From assembly GCF_001194135.2 (NCBI RefSeq), contig NC_068981.1:144242171-144306170 (forward strand): 64,000 bases of DNA. The letters run 5' to 3'. The notes below the pieces were generated by a model. It saw nothing but the letters and a program-made list of their open reading frames with translations. It had not been told where the DNA came from and did not search any database. This document shows, piece by piece, positions 26,196 to 39,295 of this stretch. The translations under genes and the position numbers were made by a program. Source of the DNA: Octopus bimaculoides. Lineage: Eukaryota. The stretch's first letter is position 1. The number at the start of each line of letters is the position of its first letter.

Positions 26196-26423
26196 TTAAA
26201 CCTTTAGCATTTAAACTGGTCGTATCTGGCTCAACTATACTACTTGCTTTATGTTTAAACCAGCCAGATCCAGCTTCTTATACCTAACCTACAATGTTAT
26301 TCTAAAAATAAACAATCATGTCATCAAAATCTCAAAACTGTGAGATAATGCATGATTAATTTAAAACAATATGGATAAATAAGCATTGCACTTGACAAAA
26401 TAATCTGAATACTATTGGGTTAA
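26196..26423. mobile_element. TTAA-flanked (piggyBac-like) MITE
   Basis: Begins TTAAACCTTTAGC and ends TATTGGGTTAA, a degenerate TTAACCC...GGGTTAA terminus pair. Confidence 0.45.
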
Positions 26424-28651
26424 GCCAGCTTTTCAGAGGCTTGTTTATTTATGAAGCTATTTTTATAAGACAATCCTTGTGAGGCATATGTGCTAATTTT
26501 GGCACCAATAATGAGTTGGTAAAGGAGTTCTTGAGACAGTCAAGCATCTATATAGGATTCACAATAAATGTAATGTGCTGATCCATTGTTTGATTAGTTT
26601 CTCAGTCAAATTTTCCATCATTTTATGATCTTTTAGTTGAGGTTATCTCAATAGAGAGAGAGAAAGACAGAGTGTGTGTGTGTGTGTATGTGTGATTTGG
26701 TTGTTATTTCTAGCTGGATGTGTGATTAGATAGACATTCGATAATTAATTCATAAGTATGTATTTAGATAATGGAGGAGCACTGAGATAAGATGGTGAGT
26801 GCAGTTATAGTTTGAATGCCAGTTTTGTTAGCTGCAACTTATGAATCCAGTCTAGTAACAGTTACAAAACCAACAAACAATAAGGTGCTTAGTGATAAAC
26901 AAAGATCAAACTGATGAAAACATAATGCAAATATCCATCCATCCATCCATCTATTTTCTCCACCCAACGATTCTTGGGAAGGTTGTGTTGGTAGAGTCCT
27001 CAGGCACCTCCTTCATAGGATTTTATCAGAAGCAACCATCTATCTGGATTACCAAGCATGACCAACTGAGACTATGCAAATAGAATGTACAGACTGGTGC
27101 AGCCCTTTGGCTTACTAGCCTCTGTCAGACCATCCAACCTATCACAACATGAATAACAGATGTTAAATAATGATGATGGTGTAAATGTAGACTCTAAATA
27201 GCTCAGAAAATTTTAATTTTATTAGCTATAAACTCTTCTCAGACATTTCGATATGTAATCATGCTGCAACTAATTTGTGTATTATTCTGATGCAATTTGA
27301 CTGAGTCCACTTTACCAGTATTTACTGATCGTACNNNNNNNNNNNNNNNNNNNNNNNNNNNNNNNNNNNNNNNNNNNNNNNNNNNNNNNNNNNNNNNNNN
27401 NNNNNNNNNNNNNNNNNNNNNNNNNNNNNNNNNNNNNNNNNNNNNNNNNNNNNNNNNNNNNNNNNNNNNNNNNNNNNNNNNNNNNNNNNNNNNNNNNNNN
27501 NNNNNNNNNNNNNNNNNNNNNNNNNNNNNNNNNNNNNNNNNNNNNNNNNNNNNNNNNNNNNNNNNNNNNNNNNNNNNNNNNNNNNNNNNNNNNNNNNNNN
27601 NNNNNNNNNNNNNNNNNNNNNNNNNNNNNNNNNNNNNNNNNNNNNNNNNNNNNNNNNNNNNNNNNNNNNNNNNNNNNNNNNNNNNNNNNNNNNNNNNNNN
27701 NNNNNNNNNNNNNNNNNNNNNNNNNNNNNNNNNNNNNNNNNNNNNNNNNNNNNNNNNNNNNNNNNNNNNNNGCTGGTGTGTTTACGTCCCCATAACTTAG
27801 CGGTTCACCAAAAAGAGACCGATAGAATAATTACTAGGTTTCTAAAGAATAAGTCCGGGGGTCGATTTGCTCGACTAAAGGTGGTGCTCCAGCATGGCCG
27901 CAGTCAAATGACTAAAACAAGTAAAAGAGTAAACGAGTAGAGTTCTCTGAACATAGGGAAATGGCACAGCTGAAATTCTTTGAACATAAATTTGTTTGAT
28001 TTAGATTGATCTCTAATTAAACGACGATGACAGTCATCTGTCTATGCATCATACTTGTTGTTTTTTTAGCCCTGATCTTCTCAGAGAATGCAGATCTATG
28101 GTTAGAGGTCTTCCTGTCATGGCCATTTAGTCCATTTAAGTGTATCCGGACTACATTAACCAAAGTGTCTTTCCTATTTTTAAGAAATTAGTGATTGATT
28201 TAAGAGACATTTTGTTTTAACAGATCGAGAGTGATCATGTTGTTGTTCCCTCATTCATTCACCATGTCATTGTAAAGCCACTTGTCAGAGTGGCCTGATG
28301 CTAAATGACAACATCAGTAGTAACTATAACAACAGTAATTACTCAAAGCTGTGCCAGTCTTTATTGTTAATCAACAGTCTTGAAAAATTGTGACATCATG
28401 TAAAATAGTAGTATTTTATTCTTTCTGTTGGTGACTCAGAATGAACGAGAGTAATACATTAATATCATCATCATCATCATCATCATCATTATAATCACCA
28501 TTTTCATCACTGTTACAGTCATCATAACCATCAACATCATCATTGTATTCATCATCATCTTCACAACACAAAAACAATATGTTTATGTTTATGGCTTTGA
28601 TAATTGTAAAGCACTTTGATATATTTACTCTCTCTCTCTTTCTCTCTCCTC

Positions 28652-28693
<42 letters not shown>

Positions 28694-29187
28694 CTTGCTG
28701 TTAACTTTGCCTCTTCAATTCAAATCCAATTACAGTTGATATTACATGCATTGTACCTTCCTGAGATCCATGAGATGATGGAGCCTTGTTCACCATCAGT
28801 TTCAATAATGGGCATTCAAATGTTTGATCTATTGGACAATTTACTTGTTAAATTAAAATGCAAGTGGCTGAGTATTCCACAGGCATGTGTAGTTTTTCCA
28901 TACCTAACAGGTAGTCAAAATGACACACCATGTGTACAATCCATCTGTCAAACTTCCACTACTTAGTTTCATTAAAAAAAACATGTGATGGAACCAAGGC
29001 TATGGTAAATGACATTTGCCAAAGATGCTGAAGGATTATCATTGATACAGGTATAGTTTTGTGGTTAAGAAGCTTGGTTTGCAAACACAAGGTTTCAGGT
29101 TCAGTCTCACTGTACAGCACCTTGAGCAAATGTCTCCTACTGTACTCCTAGACCAATTTGGTAAATGGAAACTGTGTTGAAGCCTGT

Positions 29188-29226
<39 letters not shown>

Positions 29227-31749
29227 ATGTATGCATATGTATGTATGTATGTATGTGTGTTTGAGTGTATTTTTGTTTTTGTGTCTCTCAACACTTGACA
29301 ATTGGTATTGTTTTGTTTATGTCCCTGTGACTTAATTGTTTGTGCAAAAGAAACTGATAGAATATGTAGTGGACTTAAAAAAAGTAAGCACTGGTGTCGA
29401 TTTGTTTGGCTAAACTCTTCAGTGCAATGCTCCAGCATGGACACAGTGCAAAGACTGAAGCATGTAAAGAATTAAAGAATGCCGAGCAGTGGGATGAAAA
29501 TCACAGGACATCATGATTACAAGTGAATGTCTTATCCATTTGGCCATGTCTACACCCACTCTGTGAAATAAGGACTGGTCAAGTAATTGGTTGATTCAAC
29601 AAATAAAAACCCTTTCCCCATATTGTGCCATAGTCCATCATTATCACCATCACCACTATCATAATCACATACCTGAGCCTATTCTTGTTTTGCTCAGCTG
29701 TGGTTGTTGTTGATCATAATCATGAGAAATGATGATTGATGATGGTAAAAAATAAGACTAAAAATAAGTAAAATAAATAAATTTTATTCGTAAAAAATTA
29801 AAATTGTTTGCTGTCAGAGATATGCCTAATTTGTAGCGTTAAGCTGCTGCTGTTACTACCACTACAACTATAGTTACTACAAATAATTTATAATTTGATA
29901 TTTATGCAACATACATGAAAACATCTGAGGTGAACAAAACAAAACAAAACAAACATTTAAATACAAACAAAATAAAATAAAACATTCAATCTTAAAACAG
30001 AAAATAATGTTGACCAGACCCAGGAATAAATCAGTCTGTGAAATCAATGATGAAATTTTGTATTATGAGTTAATTAGAACTATTATATAGTAAGACCTCA
30101 AGATGTTTTGTTCACAAGTGGTACTCTTATCAAAAGGTTAACCTCCACACAAAAAAGGCTTGTCTCTTAGCATCCAAAATATAAACATTATAAAAAAAGA
30201 AGCAATAGAAACAACATTGAAATGTTGCAAGCATACTGTATAGCAGCATTATCTAAAACATACTCATATCATTAAATGATCATATGAGATAGGAAGAAAA
30301 AAAAAAACCCAAAAGGAAAAAATATTACAGTAATTACACTAGTAAACGTACAGAGATTTGTAATAAATAAAATTAAGATCCTGAAGATGGATTTAACTGC
30401 ACCTTTTACTACATTACACGTTGAACATAGAACATCTGAGTTCTCATAAAAAACATACTTGCTACAAAAGGAAAAAAGTGGTCACTAAGGAACCCGTCAC
30501 ATACAAGATATACGAGACCCTACATAAGAAAGATAACCCAACAGGCACAACCGCATAATCAAGAACTCAAGCCAAATTTGAAAATGCTACAAAGCCTATA
30601 AATGTGGTAAGAAGTTTGCGAACCACTCTGTGACACCTTGGGCAAGCGTCTTTTACTATAGCCTTAGGGAGCCCAAAGCATTGTGAGTGGATTTCGTAGA
30701 TGGAAACTGAAAGAAGCCCATTGTCTATATATATGTATGTATGTATATCCATGTGTGTGTGTCTGTATTTGTGTTTGTCCCTTAACACTGCTTGACAATT
30801 GGTGTTGGTTTGTTTATGTTCCCCTAACCTAGCGGTTTGGCAAAAAGGGCCGGTAGAATAAGAACCAGGCTTAAGAATTTGTTCGACTAAATCCTTCAAG
30901 GTTGTGCCCCAGCATGACCGCGGTCCAATGACTGAAAGCAGTAAAAAGTAAAGGATAAAAGATAACCGACCACACATGAAACAAAAAGAAAAAAAAAGTG
31001 AAGTCAAACTCCCAAAGATTATGAAACCCATAAAAGCATTCAACCGAATACAAAACCACAATAAACAAATACCGACAACAAACCAAACACAAACACACAC
31101 ACACACATATATATAACATGACATATTGAAGAGAAATCAATAAAGAAAATATAAGAATAAAAGAACGTCATTCGATCAATGAACAAGAATCAACTTTGGA
31201 AAGACTTTTTCCTCAAGCTACAAATGAATGAACGTTTCTATGAAATAATGGATAAATAAGGTCGCGCAAGAAACTTTGTTTATAACAAATTGAATTATCT
31301 AATTTATTCAATAGCAATAGTAATATGGAGGGAAACTGGACTTGATTCTAATAGGGACAGATTTTCAACCAAACTGTAGAAAGAAAAATGGAACAGAAAT
31401 TGAGACAGAAGAAAAGATGTATTCTTACTTAGCAAACGAGAAATGGCAAGATCCGACACGAAGAAGAAAACAAATAGATCTAAATGCTATAAAAGTACAT
31501 TATCATTGAAAAAGAAGATATTGAAAGTTGAAGAAATATGTAGAGAAAGTATAGCAAGAAAAAAACATGCACATAATAAAACGCTCTGGAGAAAAAAAAA
31601 AAAAAACGAAGAGTGTCTTCCAGTTCAATAAAGTATTTCAATCAAATACCGAAATTTTTACCGAGACACTAACAACAACAAAAAAAAAAAAAAAGAAAAT
31701 GAAAAAGACTGTAGTAAATAGCAATGATTAAAATAAAGGTGTGTATGTA

Positions 31750-32400
31750 TAAATACAAATGATATATAAGCATATGCATGTATACATACATATATGTATA
31801 TACCTACATCTTCATGTATATATAGATGCATATTCGGGTACGTGACGTTAGACAAATGAACGGGAGCATAAAAACAAAACGGACTTTGTTTACAGACAAC
31901 AGAACGAACACATAGGAAAACAAACAAGCCACTTGGAATTAATCCTTCATCAGCTTAAAAGCGAGACATAGCTACTATCTCTCCGTCCAGCTTCGCCATT
32001 TCACTAGCGTTCAATATCCCACGCGTTTGGCCGTACGGCATTTTAATGTTTTCATTGTCCAATTTTCCCTGTCTTGGTTTGTGTTTGCCACCTTGGATTC
32101 CTCTGTTTAGTGAGTTAATCCACTACTCAGGAAGAAACTATTCTAAGAGTGCGTCCTGCCTTATTTTCGAAACGCCTGGTTTTAGAATAGAGGCAGCTGA
32201 TGAAGGATTAATTCCAAGTGGCTTGTTCGTTTTCCTATGTGTTCGTTCTGTTGTCTGTAAACAAAGTTCGTTTTGTTTTTATGCTCCCGTTCATTTGTCT
32301 AACGTCCTGTACACGTATATGCATCTATATATACATGTAGATGTAGGTATATACATATATGTATGTATACATGCACATGCTTATATATCATTTGTATTTA
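31750..32400. repeat. Inverted repeat, about 205-bp arms with 239-bp spacer
   Basis: 31750-31955 is the reverse complement of 32195-32400 with few mismatches. Confidence 0.9.
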
Positions 32401-33279
32401 TTACATCATCGAACGCACGCGTCCATTTGCAAGTGTGTATGTATAGTTATATTTAACATGTTCATGTGCAGTCAAACATGAAAAGACTTCCACGGTAGAA
32501 ACTATCTCAGGAGAGAAATTGTTCTTATAGACTGTGTGAGAAAACTTATGTATTTGTGCAAGGAATGGCGTTGTCGGAACGTGTTAAATATCACTGTACA
32601 GAGTTTTATTTTAATCATCGCTCCTTACTGTGCCTCTAATTAATTAATCAATTGATTAATTAATTCCAGCTTGACCAAGCTTTACACTCAGTAGCAAATT
32701 TATTATATGCTGTTCTCAGTGGGCTACGACGAGAGATTTGGTATCTGTAGTTGATGAAGCGTAACAGTGCAGTACTGTGAGTCCTGTAGTCTGATAACAT
32801 CATTCATAACCCAGGCAGTTTTTGCAGCGAAAGGTTTTCCACGTTTGAGTGTACATGAAGTGCGCGAACGTGTGAATTAAAATGTGTTGGATATAACTGT
32901 ACATAGTTTTAAAAAGACTTTTACACTGGAAGATACACCAGTATCAACAAAAATTCAGGTATACTCGGAGAAAATAAGGAGCAATGACAACACATGAAAA
33001 TATACGATGAAGGGAAGAGATAAGATATAATATGATTCACTTTAACTGACAAGGAACCTACCAACACAATGAGAACTGTAAGTGATTGGTAAGCACTAAA
33101 AAATGCATGTCCTCCATTTCTGATTCAAGCAGCTCACCAAGACTTGTAGTTATATGGTAGCAGCATTCATTTAAATTGTAAACAAAATACTATCAACATC
33201 TGATCAACTGCTGGAGGGAAATTCTACCATTAATTACCTAAAAACAAAAATCTCAGAGCTACAAAGTTATGATTTATAA

Positions 33280-33534
33280 CAATGGTTCTCAACCGGGGCC
33301 TGTATGACCCTTGGGGCTCCATATAAGATTTTGTTTTTAAAATTTATGCGCAATAAATTAGTTATACGTCTACAATACACAACATATTTTAGCGATTTTT
33401 TAAATACAATTCCTAAAAACGTTTAATTATAAAAATATGATAGGATTTTTTAAACATCAAATGACTACGAGGTTCCAACAGAGTAAAACATGAATCAAAG
33501 GGATCCACAGGTAAAAAATGATTGAGAGCCACTG
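33280..33534. mobile_element. hAT-type MITE, 255 bp
   Basis: TIRs CAATGGTTCTCAACC and TGATTGAGAGCCACTG; 8-bp TSD ATTTATAA/ATTTATAG (7/8 match). Confidence 0.7.
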
Positions 33535-34659
33535 ATTTATAGCATGGTTACTAATAATATATAAAGCCCTTACATCCTTACTGTACAATTGCTTGATTCC
33601 ACATATGGAGAGTAATATATGATATGTTACCAGAGGACCAGAAGGGTTCCTGGAAAGGAATACACGACTGCAAATAAATAGTAGCGAACTGAACAATTAT
33701 ACGACGATGATTTGTATGTTCATTCTCAATAAGTTTCAGAAGATTCAAACGTGAATATGCTAACCCTGTTGTATTTCGTCGTTGCTGAACAACTTCTTTT
33801 AGGCAAATGTGTATTGAAAACACACTCGATTCATTAGCGTAAGGAGGTTTTGGAACACACGGCGTAAACCTTTGACTGACCAGACACAACGATGTCGAAA
33901 CAGCAGGTGTCTCAAAGTTATCTTACGCTAATGAATCGAGAGTATTCTGAACACACATTCGTCTGAAAAGAGTTGTTCTATGACAAAACATAGCATCAAT
34001 TAACATATTTACGTTTGAAATCTGCCGGAAAGTATAAAGAATGAATATGAATATCTTCGTTTTGATTCTCGCAGTTCATTGTGGAAATGACGATTTTTTT
34101 TTTTATCGGCCGGCTGATATCAGCATGCATCAGTAAATAATTTGCGGAATTATGAACATGAACTGCAAACACTTATTAGATTCATTAGTCCGTAAATCTT
34201 ACACTAATGAGCCGAGTGTTATGAACACACATTCGTCTGAAAGGGGAAGTTTTACTCCAATGGCGAAATACAACAGCAATTAGTACATTCACTTTTGAAT
34301 CTGCGAGAACATATTGAGAACGAATCGTCGAATCATCGTTTTGTCTCTCGCTCTTCATCGTGCACATGACGATTTATTAACAATTATAAAAGACGTTAAA
34401 AAAGAGGAAAACAAACCTTAAAAAGACTTGGATTGACTACCGAAAGTTATTTGAAAGCATTTGACACTTTTGGATACTGAAAGAAAACTCTATATCGATA
34501 AAGCAATACCATGCCATAACAGAATGAAAAACAACGATATTATTACAAAACAAGGTGTAAATAATTAAAACTAACTTTGTACCTCCCAGAAGAGAAATCT
34601 TCCGAGGGGATTAGTTATTCCCTCCCACTCTTTTGCTTAACTCTCTTTTAACAAACCTG

Positions 34660-37070
34660 TTTATTAAACCAGCACTGGGTACATATGCTTTGGGAAAATT
34701 ATAAATCACCACGACTACATAGATGACATGAAATTATTTATAGGGTATGGTATCAGATGGAAATGGCACCAAAAATCTTTCATAGATTTATAATGTGACG
34801 TGCATACAGGACTAGCCTGGAGACTCAGCCAGCGAGTGTGTGTTCAGCAAGCGCTTGCGGTGAAAAAAAGGGAATCTGTTTGTGGGCCCTTATATCCAGT
34901 TTGCCATCGCGAACCTCGTTGTGATTTCGCGCATGGCAAATGGATGCAGGTGAGATCTCGCTCCTGTCTCGGAGATTGCAATGGCTGCCGGCGAAATCTC
35001 ATCCAATATGGCGCTGACTGCTTGTGCCGCCACAGATTCAACCAAGACAGGAAAATAAGCATAGAATCAGACATATATCAAAGCTATTATAAGAAGTGGA
35101 AAATTACTTTAGAACTGAGGATATTAAACACCAAAGTCAGAGAATTAGAGCTGAACCAATCATATAGATACTTAGGAAGGGTACAAATTTATAAAATACA
35201 AAACAGAGAAATTAAGGTGAAGAACTATCAACCATCATCATATATCTGTCTGTCTATCTGTATATATATACAAGGTACGATGGGTAAATTGTCACCATTT
35301 TATATTTTTGATTTCGCACATGCGCGTTGTTTGTTTTTTATTTTGTCAACTACGCAGTACAGTAGGGTCAGTTGGGCACCATCTGTAAGAAAAACAACAG
35401 CATGACGCAATTCACTCTGCCAGAAATTTGGAAATGACATGCTGTACTACTTGGCTTCGCACCGGAAGCTCCAATATGAATATTTCAGAGTGTTTGGGTG
35501 TCAATCTGAGGACAGCGCAGAGGATTCAAAAAGAGTTGGATGAGTCAAATGATGATTACGAAGGTACAGCAGCTCGGAAAACTCATTTTGATCTTTCTTA
35601 TAAGAAAAGAATTCCTGAATTTGTTGGTGAGATCAAGGCCATGATTGACAACGATCCTTCCAAGTCAGTCAGATCCGTCGCCACGGATATGGGAGTGTCT
35701 GAATTTGTTATCAGGCAGGTAATGCATGAAGACATTCGGTATTCCACATACAAGAGGAGAAAGGACTAATTTTTATCCTAAGCCATCAAGGCCAAGAGAA
35801 AAGACTGCGCTTCAAAGCTTTCGAACAAACTCAAGCATCCACTCCAACCAAACGTGCTTTCGTTTTTATCAGACAAGAAAAATTTCTGCCAGGATCAGAG
35901 TGTGAACACAGAACAACCGTTGGCTTGCCGTGTTCCCAAAACATGTACTGAGAGTGATAAAAATCAAACATCCAGCCAACATCATTGTGTTAAGAGTGAT
36001 CACTAGTGATGGTGACGGTATGACTCCATTCATCTTCCCACACGGCCTCAGACTCAACACGGAGCCCTACATCAAGTGCCTGGAGAAGTTAGTGCTTCTC
36101 TGGGTCAAGAGAGTGGCTGCTGGAAGACACTGTGCCTAGCAACAAGGCTCTGCACCATGCCACACAAGCAAGAGAACCCAGTCATGGCTGTCAGACAATT
36201 TCTGCGACCACATCACCCCTAACATCTGGCTACCTAACTCCCCAGACTGCAACCCCCTTGATTATTATGATTATTATGTGTGGGCCGCAGTTTAGCGAGG
36301 GACCAACAAAACTCCTTGTAACACCAAAGATGAACTGAAGGCAAGGATTATGGCAGCATTCACCAACTTAAACAAAGAGACCGTCCAGAAGAGTTGCAGG
36401 AGATTCCGAAGTTGTCTGGAAGCCGTGGTTGAAGCTAATGGTGATTTTATTGAATATATTAACTCTTTAATATTTCAAGATATNNNNNNNNNNNNNNNNN
36501 NNNNNNNNNNNNNNNNNNNNNNNNNNNNNNNNNNNNNNNNNNNNNNNNNNNNNNNNNNNNNNNNNNNNNNNNNNNNNNNNNNNNNNNNNNNNNNNNNNNN
36601 NNNNNNNNNNNNNNNNNNNNNNNNNNNNNNNNNNNNNNNNNNNNNNNNNNNNNNNNNNNNNNNNNNNNNNNNNNNNNNNNNNNNNNNNNNNNNNNNNNNN
36701 NNNNNNNNNNNNNNNNNNNNNNNNNNNNNNNNNNNNNNNNNNNNNNNNNNNNNNNNNNNNNNNNNNNNNNNNNNNNNNNNNNNNNNNNNNNNNNNNNNNN
36801 NNNNNNNNNNNNNNNNNNNNNNNNNNNNNNNNNNNNNNNNNNNNNNNNNATATATATATATATATATATAAACTCAACAGAGAGGAAGTAAACCGCAATG
36901 AAAGCCAACAATGGCTGAAAATTTCTAAACTAAAATCAGGAACAAGTTTGATTCAAGCTGTACTAGGTTAATACCTAGCCCAGAACATCTACAAAACCAG
37001 AATAGTAACGGAAGGGGAAAGCATCAAACAAAGACAATGAGAGAGCTGTCCACAGAAAAGCAAAATGGTT
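34660..37070 (+). mobile_element. Decayed R4/Dong-like non-LTR RT, split by a about 200-bp insert and by the maT transposon
   Basis: INHHDYIDDMKLF (about 34700-34740), KVRELELNQSYRYLG (about 35133-35180) and LKSGTSLIQAV...QNIYKTRI (about 36930-37005) are colinear with R4-clade YMDDLKL...SYKYLG...LK.ETE..I.A.QDQ.L.T..Y motifs. Confidence 0.5.
35271..36483 (+). mobile_element. Degenerate Tc1/mariner transposon, DD37D (maT-like); right end lost in N gap
   Basis: Follows a (TA)n run. A near full-length transposase is broken by stops and frameshifts: HTH-like N-terminus, SD(K)KNF, QQ(G)SAPCH...W(L)PNSPDCNPLDYY with 37 residues between the catalytic positions, and C-terminal RFRSCLEAVVEANGDFIE. 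Confidence 0.85.
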
Positions 37071-38421
37071 ATAGTTTACTAAGATTGGTGAAAGAGAAAG
37101 GAAACTATTATAAAGTGATGTAGACGAGATGCAAAAATAGGTAAGTGGGAGATTGATAGCGTAGAAGGTAGAGAAGAAACAAGCAACTTGTGAGACAGGT
37201 TATCAAGCAAGGAAACAGTGAATTATAGAGAGAAATAGAAACATGACACAGGAAACATAACGCAAGTAAGAGTGGGGAAATGAAAGGAATAAAAACAGAA
37301 ATTAATGACTGAGAAAGGGAATTAGGTAATCTGATAATCGACACATAAAGAGGGGAAGAATGTTTGAGATAAAGAGGGAGAGAGAAAAACATTGATGTGT
37401 AATATCGAAGTGTGGGGTTGAGAAATGAAGAGGCGAAGGCAGTTGATTTTGAAGAAGAGATAAAAAAGCCATGCCAATGTATATGAGGCTAGAAACGTAG
37501 AGAAGAAATAATGAGTGGATCAATGGAAATAGTGAAGGAGAGTGAGTGATGATAAAAAAGAATATGGATGACTGAAAGAAGACAAAAAATTCAAAACTTC
37601 AGAAAAAAAAAAAAATCGGTACTCAGAGAAACACTGACTACAACCTGAAGGTATGATAGTTTGTTGTAGACTGAGACCAGAAGCAAATCTACTCCAAACT
37701 AACTAATACGAATGCATCTGCATACACATGTGCATACGCTTGTTTTCCGCTTTCTATCTAATCTCTGTTCTGAGAGGTCAAATGAAAATTAAAGCAGGGA
37801 GCTATTAAGCGATCATTCGACACACTATAATTAACAGAAAACGTCCTTTAAAATCACAACCTGCCTTTCTAAAGAACGAAGGACTCATTGGATAATTTAT
37901 TCCTGTATATACCTAACATACTGATGAGTCCAGCTGGAATGTTCTTTGACCTTAGATATACTTGATCAGCACTGTTCTGTAGTTAAACAACATCACCAAC
38001 GACAATATCGCTGTCTACTTTCTGTATCTTTTCAAGAAAATCTTTGTTAATAATAAACAGATTTCACTTTATCAAACTGTAATTGTTCTCACGTTATTAA
38101 AAACAAAATCTGTTCAATATCTAATGTGCTGTTGTTGTTGCTGATTTGTTTTTTTTTTTAATGCTGTTGTTGGATTATTTTTCATCGTAATCGTCTACAA
38201 CACAGAAAATGATCATTAAAAAAACTCGAAAAGAATGATTAAACAACAAAAACTAACGCTATAACAATACACAAATCATAATTCAACATCCTCGATGAAA
38301 AAATCATGCAGACCGCCCCAAAATAGCTATAGTTTGAGAAAGTGAAAATGATCCACTATTAAAAAAAGACCGCCAACTTTCAAATCATAATTCTCCAATA
38401 ATTTTAGTATACTCCACTTTC

Positions 38422-38477
<56 letters not shown>

Positions 38478-38937
38478 NNNNNNNNNNNNNNNNNNNNNNN
38501 NNNNNNNNNNNNNNNNNNNNNNNNNNNNNNNNNNNNNNNNNNNNNNNNNNNNNNNNNNNNNNNNNNNNNNNNNNNNNNNNNNNNNNNNNNNNNNNNNNNN
38601 NNNNNNNNNNNNNNNNNNNNNNNNNNNNNNNNNNNNNNNNNNNNNNNNNNNNNNNNNNNNNNNNNNNNNNNNNNNNNNNNNNNNNNNNNNNNNNNNNNNN
38701 NNNNNNNNNNNNNNNNNNNNNNNNNNNNNNNNNNNNNNNNNNNNNNNNNNNNNNNNNNNNNNNNNNNNNNNNNNNNNNNNNNNNNNNNNNNNNNNNNNNN
38801 NNNNNNNNNNNNNNNNNNNNNNNNNNNNNNNNNNNNNNNNNNNNNNNNNNNNNNNNNNNNNNNNNNNNNNNNNNNNNNNNNNNNNNNNNNNNNNNNNNNN
38901 NNNNNNNNNNNNNNNNNNNNNNNNNNNNNNNNNNNNN

Positions 38938-39260
38938 CGTGGAGGGTGTTTACAAGCCATTTAAAATAACACATAAAAACCGTTAGATTCACTTCAACAT
39001 TTAAATTTAATTTGTCAAAATATTTTCGTCGCTTACAGACCACGACCTGTTCACTGAGATGCAGCACAGAACTTTGTCAGTGAACAATTCGCGGTCTCAA
39101 AGCGACGAAAATATTTTGACAAATTAATTTTAAATGTTGAAGTGAATCTAACGGTTTTTGTGTTATTTTAAATGGCTTATAAACACCTTCCACGCTGCAG
39201 TTGTTTTCGTTCCAGCACACGATCTTAGATCAGGTCACTTGCTATGCAAGTACATCTCCG
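38938..39260. mobile_element. Palindromic MITE ending at CCG|TA; left part hidden by N gap
   Basis: 38938-39057 pairs with 39077-39194 around a 19-nt loop. The right arm continues to 39260 and is followed by TA. Confidence 0.65.

Positions 39261-39295
<35 letters not shown>

Noticed and set aside
32638-32665. Perfect 28-bp palindrome AATTAATTAATCAATTGATTAATTAATT
   Set aside because: Low-complexity (TAAT)n-derived and plausible by slippage in AT-rich DNA.
37100-37560. Purine-rich tract with minus-strand ORFs, possibly a PLE N-terminal region (similar tract at about 17135-17335)
   Set aside because: No diagnostic motif recognised, so it cannot be assigned without an HMM search.
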